NCBI GenBank assembly: GCA_903872185.1
Contig: CAIQJL010000086.1
Location: 4,989-68,988 of the forward strand
Reading direction: 5' to 3'
From: an uncultured Bacteroidota bacterium
GTDB lineage: Bacteria; Bacteroidota; Bacteroidia; Bacteroidales; GWA2-32-17
DNA length: 64,000 nucleotides
In this document: positions 57,264 through 64,000 of the stretch, one piece after another
Layout of the letters: each line of letters opens with the position of its first letter
Position numbering within the stretch: the stretch's first letter is position 1
Made by a program: the position numbers and the translations under genes
Notes under the pieces: model-generated
What the model was told of the DNA's origin: nothing
The model's input: only the letters and a program-made list of their open reading frames with translations
Database searches by the model: none

Positions 57264-57287
57264 ATGTCAGGTCGAAAGACCTGACAT
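57264..57287 (-). terminator. Terminator hairpin ATGTCAGGTC-TTTC-GACCTGACAT after dxs (copy 2 of the repeated hairpin)
   Basis: On the minus strand it reads identically to 27990-28013 and is followed by TTTTTTGTG. It lies 32 nt downstream of the dxs stop. Confidence 0.75.
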
Positions 57288-57319
57288 CATGAGAAGCATT
57301 AAACTATGTAAATATATTA

Positions 57320-59248
57320 TTATTTCGCCTTATGATATTTTTTTTCGGCTAATTTACACAATTCTAAAACAGCTTGTTCAATACTATCCGTATCGTATCC
57401 ACACATTTTATATTGTTGCATTTGAGTGGCATGTTCAATAAACTTATCTGGTATTCCTAGTCTTTTAACTTTTGCAGAATAATTATTCTCAGCCATAAAT
57501 TCAAGAACTGCACTTCCAAAACCACCGGAAACAGAACCATCTTCAACTGTAACAATATATTTATATTTCTTGAAAACAGAATGCAATAATTCTTCATCAA
57601 GAGGTTTAACAAATCGCATATTATATACAGCAATTTTATAACCTTCTTCCTCTAATTTATCTGTTGCTGCTAAAGCAAAATTTACCGGATGCCCAAGGGC
57701 TAGTATTGCTACCTCATCACCTTCTCTTAATATTTCTCCTTTACCAATCTCTATTTCCTTAAATGGTTGTTTCCATTTTGTAATTACGCCATGGCCACGT
57801 GGATATCTTATTACAAATGGGCCCTTTCCTAATTGGGCAGTATACATTAAATTACGCAATTCAATTTCATTCATGGGCGCTGAAATAACAACATTTGGAA
57901 TACAGCGCATAAATGCAATATCATATGATCCCTGATGTGTAGCACCATCCGAACCAACCATTCCAGCACGATCCAAACAAAATACAACATTAAGATTTTG
58001 CAATGCAACATCATGTATTGCCTGATCGTAACTACGCTGCATAAATGATGAATAAATATTACAAAAAGGAATCATTCCTTGTTTTGCCAAACCTGCCGAG
58101 AAAGTAACTGCATGTTGTTCAGCAATGCCAACATCAAAAACACGATCTGGCATAGCTTCCATCATAATATTTAAAGAGCAACCTGAAGGCATAGCTGGTG
58201 TAATTCCAACAATTTTTTTATTTTCTAATGCAAGTTCTGTAATTGTATTTCCAAAAACATCCTGATATAAAGGAGGTGTGGCAATAGTATTAACTTCTTT
58301 AATAATCTCACCTGTGCTTTTATCAAATAACCCAGGTGCATGAAAAGCAGTTTGATGTTCTTCAGCTTGCTTAAATCCCTTACCTTTTACTGTTAAAACA
58401 TGAAGTAATTTTGGACCAGGAATTTTCTTCATATCTTCAAGTATCCTTGCCAAATAAATAACATCGTGCCCATCAACTGGACCAAAATATCTAAAATTAA
58501 GAGCTTCGAATAAATTACTATGACGTAAAACTATAGATTTAATGCTATTATCAATTTTTTGTATTGCCTGTTGTGCATTTGGCCCCCACTTCCCCACTCT
58601 ACCTAAAAAATTCCAAACATCATCTTTTATTCTGTTATATGTTCTGGAAGTTGCAATATCAAGTAAATATTCGCTAAAAGCGCCAACACTCCTATCAATT
58701 GCCATATGATTGTCATTTAATACAACAAGCATATTTGTTTTTAAATCACCTGCATTATTTAATCCTTCAAAGGCCATTCCTGCAGTCATTGAACCATCAC
58801 CTATCACAGCCACAATTTGTCGGTCAGTTCTATTATTAAGTTTATCTGCAACTGCCATTCCTAAAGCAGCGGATATTGAAGTTGAAGAATGCCCTACAGC
58901 AAAAGCATCATATTCACTTTCGTTTGGGTTTGGATATCCACTTATTCCATCTTTCTTTCTGTTTGTATGAAAAACATCTTTACGTCCGGTTAAAATTTTA
59001 TGCCCATATGCTTGATGGCCAACATCCCATATTATTTGATCGGTTGGTAAATTTAACACATAATGCAAAGCAACAGTAAGTTCTACAACTCCTAAACTTG
59101 CCCCAAAATGCCCTGGATTACAAGAAAGTTCATCAATAATAAACTGACGCAACTCATTTGAAAGTTGTATTAATTGAAGAGGAACAAGTTTCTTTAAGTC
59201 AGCCGGACTTTGAATATCAGGTAATATAGGATTAGTACTTTCCGGCAT
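57320..59248 (-). CDS. dxs: 1-deoxy-D-xylulose-5-phosphate synthase
   Basis: 642 aa. GHFGASLGVVELTVALHY, GDGSMTAGMAFEGLNNAG (TPP-binding) and transketolase-like C-terminal domains. Confidence 0.95.
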   Translation of the reverse strand: MPESTNPILPDIQSPADLKKLVPLQLIQLSNELRQFIIDELSCNPGHFGASLGVVELTVALHYVLNLPTDQIIWDVGHQAYGHKILTGRKDVFHTNRKKDGISGYPNPNESEYDAFAVGHSSTSISAALGMAVADKLNNRTDRQIVAVIGDGSMTAGMAFEGLNNAGDLKTNMLVVLNDNHMAIDRSVGAFSEYLLDIATSRTYNRIKDDVWNFLGRVGKWGPNAQQAIQKIDNSIKSIVLRHSNLFEALNFRYFGPVDGHDVIYLARILEDMKKIPGPKLLHVLTVKGKGFKQAEEHQTAFHAPGLFDKSTGEIIKEVNTIATPPLYQDVFGNTITELALENKKIVGITPAMPSGCSLNIMMEAMPDRVFDVGIAEQHAVTFSAGLAKQGMIPFCNIYSSFMQRSYDQAIHDVALQNLNVVFCLDRAGMVGSDGATHQGSYDIAFMRCIPNVVISAPMNEIELRNLMYTAQLGKGPFVIRYPRGHGVITKWKQPFKEIEIGKGEILREGDEVAILALGHPVNFALAATDKLEEEGYKIAVYNMRFVKPLDEELLHSVFKKYKYIVTVEDGSVSGGFGSAVLEFMAENNYSAKVKRLGIPDKFIEHATQMQQYKMCGYDTDSIEQAVLELCKLAEKKYHKAK

Positions 59249-59266
59249 TTAAATTTATTTAATCTG

Positions 59267-59274
59267 CAAAGTTA
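59267..59274 (-). promoter_or_regulatory. -7 box TAACTTTG upstream of dxs
   Basis: The plus strand reads caaagtta, 19 nt upstream of the ATG at 59248. Confidence 0.4.
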
Positions 59275-59473
59275 AGCTAAATTGTTTATTGTAAGATTTA
59301 AAAATACACGATTTTAAGCATTAATTAGATAAAACAATTGAAATTAACGATTAAAAAGTTGGCTTATTTTAAATAAGATCTTTAAAAAATCATAAAAATG
59401 TAATCTCCTATGGGTTTTGCGAAATTCCAATTCTTTCTTTATGTGCATTGCGTCTTTACTAATAAATGCTCTA

Positions 59474-60697
59474 TTAAATAACTTCCATAATCTTATGGGT
59501 TGCACCTAACCTGTTCTCAACGAATTTCTTAGAAACATTTGAAGTCTTTTGGAAGTAAATATCATTTTCAAATAATACAGTAAACTGTTTTTCCAATTCA
59601 TTATATGAATTTACACTAAATGCTCCTTTTTCAGAAATTAGATCAACTGCTTCTGAGAATTTAAAATAATTAGTACCAAAAAAAACTGGCAAACCAAAAA
59701 CTGCAGCTTCTAAAATATTGTGAATTCCTTTTCCAAAGCCACCACCGATATATGCAATTTTACCATATTTGTATAACGAGGATAACATTCCAACATTATC
59801 AATTAACAATACTCTTGCATTCTTTAAATCAGCTTCCAATGCTTTAGAAAATCTAACAACAGGAACTAAAATACTTTTTTCGGTTTGAGTTAAAGCAGAT
59901 TCAGAAATTTCATGTGGAGCAATAATAAATTTTATATCTGTTGGTGATTTATTAATATACGGAATTAAAATTTCTTCATCCTGAGGCCAGGCTGAACCAA
60001 CAACGATAACCCTATTTCCTTCTGAAAATGCTACCGCCTCAGGAATTGTTTTAGAATTTGTTGCAATATCAGAAACTCTATCAAAACGAGTATCGCCAAC
60101 AACTGAAATATGTTTAACTTTAATAGAATTTAACAAAGAAAAAGATTCCTCATTCTGTACAAAAATGTGAGTAAAATAATTAAGTAATTTACGATACCAG
60201 CTTCCATACCACTTAAAAAATAATTGATCTTTTCGAAAAATTGCAGAAATAAGATAAACAGGAACTTTATTTTTGTGGAGTGCCTTTAAAAAATTCTGCC
60301 AGAACTCATATTTAACAAATATTACCTTAATTGGGTTAACAATAGCTAAAAACTCTCTGGCATTTGCCTTTGTATCCAATGGAAGATAAAAAATCCAATT
60401 GGCACCATCATAATTTTTTCTTATTTCGTAACCAGAAGGTGAAAAAAAAGTAAGTAAAATTTTATGTTCAGGATTTTGTTTTCTATAAGCTTCAATTACT
60501 GGCCTACCTTGCTCAAATTCGCCTAATGAAGCACAATGAAACCAAACAACATTTGTTTGTCCGTTTACAGCTATTTTTAATTTTTCAAATAAGTTTTTTC
60601 TGCCCTTTAACCATGCCTTTGCTTTAATGTTAAAAGGTGAAACAATCAAAATTGTTAAGTAATATAACCTTATTAAAATGCAATAAATAAATTGCAT
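59474..60697 (-). CDS. waaA: 3-deoxy-D-manno-octulosonic acid (Kdo) transferase
   Basis: 407 aa. N-terminal WFHCASLGEFEQGRPVIE motif and a GT-B C-terminal half are typical of KdtA/WaaA. Confidence 0.85.
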   Translation of the reverse strand: MQFIYCILIRLYYLTILIVSPFNIKAKAWLKGRKNLFEKLKIAVNGQTNVVWFHCASLGEFEQGRPVIEAYRKQNPEHKILLTFFSPSGYEIRKNYDGANWIFYLPLDTKANAREFLAIVNPIKVIFVKYEFWQNFLKALHKNKVPVYLISAIFRKDQLFFKWYGSWYRKLLNYFTHIFVQNEESFSLLNSIKVKHISVVGDTRFDRVSDIATNSKTIPEAVAFSEGNRVIVVGSAWPQDEEILIPYINKSPTDIKFIIAPHEISESALTQTEKSILVPVVRFSKALEADLKNARVLLIDNVGMLSSLYKYGKIAYIGGGFGKGIHNILEAAVFGLPVFFGTNYFKFSEAVDLISEKGAFSVNSYNELEKQFTVLFENDIYFQKTSNVSKKFVENRLGATHKIMEVI

Positions 60698-60701
60698 AGT
60701 A

Positions 60702-61469
60702 TCAATTATAATAATAAGTATCTGGAACTCGCTTGTAAATTGGGATTACCCACCCTATTTTAATTGAATTAAGTAAATCTAATCTTTTACTAGTATCTTT
60801 TTTCATAAGTGAATAATCATAACTCCTACCACTTTTTGTAAAACCTTGATAAAGTTCAACACCAAAATAAAAATTCAGTAATTGTTTTTTACTAAAATAC
60901 ACATATCCAACAAATTCTGTTGCACTAAATCCAATAGTCATTTTATCGTAGCCTTTTTTATAATCACCTAAAATTTGAGGAGTGTTATTACCATCATTTT
61001 CAATTCTTACTTTATGTTGTAAAATTCCACCACCAGCCATAATTAACAAACCACTATTAAGATTTTTTTTATTTAATGGAAATATTTTTCCAATTCTGCC
61101 TCCAATAAAATATCCCCGTTCAGAAACAATGACTTTTGCATATTCACCATTTTCATTTATCAAAAAACCATTAGAAGTTTTAATACTATCAAAAATTGAG
61201 CTGGCATCTCCTTTTAAGTTATTTCCAAATATATAATTTGCATTTACATCTAAAATAAAATTAGATTTTAACTTTAGCATGAAAGAGCCTCCGATATTTG
61301 AATTTACTCCATATCGTTTTGCCATATCATTACCTGGAATTTGAACCATATAAGAACCTGAAAACATTGGAAATGTAATAGCCGAATCAATAGTCTTTTG
61401 TGCTTTAACCGTATCAACAAAATAGCTTAAAATAAGGGCCGTAAGGCATATAATCAGCATTGTTTTCAT
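60702..61469 (-). CDS. Hypothetical outer-membrane/periplasmic protein with signal peptide (beta-rich)
   Basis: 255 aa. Signal peptide ...VDTVKAQ and alternating beta-strand pattern. Only a 4-nt gap to waaA. Confidence 0.5.
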   Translation of the reverse strand: MKTMLIICLTALILSYFVDTVKAQKTIDSAITFPMFSGSYMVQIPGNDMAKRYGVNSNIGGSFMLKLKSNFILDVNANYIFGNNLKGDASSIFDSIKTSNGFLINENGEYAKVIVSERGYFIGGRIGKIFPLNKKNLNSGLLIMAGGGILQHKVRIENDGNNTPQILGDYKKGYDKMTIGFSATEFVGYVYFSKKQLLNFYFGVELYQGFTKSGRSYDYSLMKKDTSKRLDLLNSIKIGWVIPIYKRVPDTYYYN

Positions 61470-61551
61470 GTTTCAAAGTTAATTATTTCTTTGGTTTAAA
61501 AATTTTTAGATTAATTCTTTGATTCGAGTATTTCAATTCATATATTTGATT

Positions 61552-62133
61552 ATGCATTCAAAATTTGCTTTTTTCTGTGTTTTAACTATTTCCTTTGCTG
61601 TTGGATGTAACCAGCAAAACGAAAATAACGATGAAAGCTACAATAATATTTCTTCGCAAAATATTAATTTAACACTCCCCGACATAATAAAAGATCTTCC
61701 TGTCGGAATTTCAGTTAATAATGAACCTGATACTATTTATGCTGAAATTAATACTAAAGGAAATAAAAAGTATATCTGGAAGCATACCACCACTATTACA
61801 GCCCTATATAATGACTTAAAAATATTAGAATTCGGAACCTATAACTATAAAAATGAGACTTGGGTTTTAGGCGATTCTTCAAAAAAACCATATAATTCTA
61901 ATGATTTCGACAAATGGTATTGCCGAAAAAAAAATGGTATAATTACATTTGATTACTGTAAAGAGGGTTACATTTCTAAGAACTTGGAATTTATTGACCC
62001 ATCTAATTTTTGCATAAGAAAAGATAGTCTTGTTTCCCGAAATGGCTTATGGTATTACATTGGCGTTGATTCTTCTGGTAAAAAAGTAATGGGATATGGT
62101 CGTTATACTACAGTTGGTAAACTGAAAGATTAA
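61552..62133 (+). CDS. Hypothetical lipoprotein
   Basis: The track start is TTG 61519; ATG 61552 gives MHSKFAFFCVLTISFAVGC, a lipobox signal. Confidence 0.55.
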   Translation: MHSKFAFFCVLTISFAVGCNQQNENNDESYNNISSQNINLTLPDIIKDLPVGISVNNEPDTIYAEINTKGNKKYIWKHTTTITALYNDLKILEFGTYNYKNETWVLGDSSKKPYNSNDFDKWYCRKKNGIITFDYCKEGYISKNLEFIDPSNFCIRKDSLVSRNGLWYYIGVDSSGKKVMGYGRYTTVGKLKD

Positions 62134-62218
62134 TCTCTTTTCAAACTTTACCAAAATTTCTACCTTTCTTTTTCGTTTACTCTGCTATTCCTTTTCTATC
62201 TTTGAAAAAACCTTAAAA

Positions 62219-64000
62219 TTGAGATTTTTCACAACCATACTTATTACTTTTCTGTTTGCTTTGCATTGCTCTGGGCAGATTCTCTCTACCTTTCACACAA
62301 AAAACGTCAAAATTGTTTCTGATACAATTAATATTGACAGCCTTGCTCTTGTACCCTCATCTATAAAAATATATAACGAAAACGGAAAAGAAATACCTGA
62401 CAGTTTATTTAAAGTTGATTTTGCAAACTCTAAAATTATTTTTTTAAAAAAAGATTTTAATAACATTAGTATAAATTATAGAACATTTCCAATAGATTTT
62501 AAACAAACTTTTTATCATAAAAACCCGGAAATAAAACTTAACTCGAATGGGAACTCTATTAATTCATACACATATAGATTAAACGAAACTAACAAATACG
62601 ATAATTACGGAACAGATGAATTAATTAAAAGAGGAAGTATTTCAAGGGGTATTTCATTTGGGAATAATCAAGATGTTGTTGTAAATTCAAATTTAAACCT
62701 TCAGTTATCCGGAAAAATAAGCAAGGACTTAAATATTATAGCAGCTATAACCGATAACAATATTCCCATTCAACCTGAGGGTAACACTCAACAAATACAA
62801 GATTTTGATAAAGTTTTTATTACAGTTTATAATGAAACTTTCAAATTAACTCTTGGCGATTTTGAATTAACAAAGCCCACAGGAAACTATTTAGTAATGA
62901 ATCGCAAAGCTCAAGGATTAATTACAACAAATATTTTTAAATTCGGAAAAAGCAAAACCAACTTATTTAAAACAACAATAAGCGGATCGGTATCAAAAGG
63001 CAAATATTTTAGAATGACATTCAATGGTATTGAAGGAACTCAAGGTCCATATAGACTTAAAGGCGCATTTAACGAACCATATATAATAATAATTGCAGGT
63101 AGCGAAAGAGTATTTATTGATGGAAAACAACTTGAACGAGGACAGGATAATGATTACGTTATAGATTATAATACTGCAGAACTAAGTTTTACCGCAAAAC
63201 AAGCAATAACAAAGGACAAACGAATTGTTGTTGAATATGAATACAGTGATAAAAATTATGCACGATTCATGATTTTTTCGGGCAACGAATGGCAATTTAA
63301 AAAAGGAAAATTATGGCTTAATGTTATTTCTGAACAGGACAGTAAAAATCAAACTTTACAACAAAGTTTAACAGAACCCGAAAAATCAATTCTATCTTTT
63401 GCTGGCGATGACCAAAGCCTTGCAATTGTTCCATACATTATTATGGACACAGTTAACTTGAGCAACATTGTGCTTTATAAAATGATGGATACGCTTGTTA
63501 ATGCTACCATTTACGACAGTATTTTTGTTTATAGCAATAATATTGATAGTGCTATTTACAGATTAGGATTTAGTTATTTGGGACCAGGAAATGGAAATTA
63601 TATTCAAATTAACACATCTGCAAATGGAAGAGTGTTTAAATGGATTGCTCCAATTAACGGTATAAAACAAGGCGATTATGAACCAGTTCGGCAATTAATT
63701 GCACCGCGCAGTAAAACTGTATTAACAACAGGTGCAGATATTGCAGTTTCAAGAAAACTTAACATTAAATACGAATTCGGGTTAAGCCAAAATGATCTCA
63801 ATACTTTCTCAAATAAAAACGATAACAATAATACTGGTTATGCTTTTAAAATTGCTGCTGATAAAAAGTTTTCCATTGGCGATACAACGAAAAATAAATT
63901 TAGTATAAACACATACGTTCAGCAAATAGATAAGAAATTTGACCCCATGGAACGTTACCGATCTTCAGAATTTGAAAGAGACTGGAATTTAACAAACTCT
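62219..64000 (+). CDS. Large secreted / outer-membrane protein, partial (continues past the window end)
   Basis: Absent from the ORF track (no stop in window). The frame is open for 594 codons from TTG 62219 (RFFTTILITFLFALHCSGQ signal-like N terminus; ...RGISFGNNQDVVVNSNLNLQLSGK...IPIQPEGNTQQIQDFDKVFI...). There is no in-frame ATG between the upstream stop at 62123 and 62219. Confidence 0.6.
   Translation, partial: MRFFTTILITFLFALHCSGQILSTFHTKNVKIVSDTINIDSLALVPSSIKIYNENGKEIPDSLFKVDFANSKIIFLKKDFNNISINYRTFPIDFKQTFYHKNPEIKLNSNGNSINSYTYRLNETNKYDNYGTDELIKRGSISRGISFGNNQDVVVNSNLNLQLSGKISKDLNIIAAITDNNIPIQPEGNTQQIQDFDKVFITVYNETFKLTLGDFELTKPTGNYLVMNRKAQGLITTNIFKFGKSKTNLFKTTISGSVSKGKYFRMTFNGIEGTQGPYRLKGAFNEPYIIIIAGSERVFIDGKQLERGQDNDYVIDYNTAELSFTAKQAITKDKRIVVEYEYSDKNYARFMIFSGNEWQFKKGKLWLNVISEQDSKNQTLQQSLTEPEKSILSFAGDDQSLAIVPYIIMDTVNLSNIVLYKMMDTLVNATIYDSIFVYSNNIDSAIYRLGFSYLGPGNGNYIQINTSANGRVFKWIAPINGIKQGDYEPVRQLIAPRSKTVLTTGADIAVSRKLNIKYEFGLSQNDLNTFSNKNDNNNTGYAFKIAADKKFSIGDTTKNKFSINTYVQQIDKKFDPMERYRSSEFERDWNLTNS

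Overview
AT-rich chromosomal window with Bacteroidota hallmarks: TAnnTTTG-type -7 promoter boxes, T9SS C-terminal sorting domains, rpsU-xerC-hpf-tRNA-tuf synteny, and an 11-subunit nuo operon lacking nuoEFG. 1-21 kb holds housekeeping and envelope genes: tuf, four tRNAs, hpf, a recombinase, rpsU, fba, an Omp85/TamL-like protein, two secreted paralogs fused to OmpA-like or SPOR-like modules, a 2059-aa alpha-2-macroglobulin with a CNEQ thioester motif, a TolB-like/OmpA protein, queE and a polytopic membrane protein. 21-34 kb is the most unusual part. It is a multiheme-cytochrome island with about 51 heme c motifs. It comprises a tetraheme/FeS/NrfD operon, an ImcH-like 7-heme membrane cytochrome, two giant 16- and 19-heme cytochromes fused to cytochrome b domains (CbcL-like), and a lipoprotein cytochrome next to a small beta-barrel. 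No catalytic terminal reductase is visible, so I read it as a candidate extracellular or periplasmic electron-export system. 34-38 kb carries a FeS/cupin/Bfd-like/cupin operon (one 59-aa gene is absent from the ORF track), a 5'-truncated PP2C phosphatase remnant, an Rrf2 regulator and mntP. 38.3-48.5 kb is nuoABCDHIJKLMN plus a trailing 96-aa ORF. 48.8-53.7 kb encodes a three-subunit xanthine-dehydrogenase-family molybdoenzyme and an EFR1-like flavodoxin/ferredoxin membrane protein. The rest holds two T9SS cargo proteins, an EamA transporter, a frameshifted REP-associated tyrosine transposase flanked by REP hairpins, dxs, waaA, two envelope proteins and a partial large secreted protein. I saw no rRNA, CRISPR array, prophage or recognisable defence system. 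All calls come from reading the sequence and translations by eye; no database search was run.
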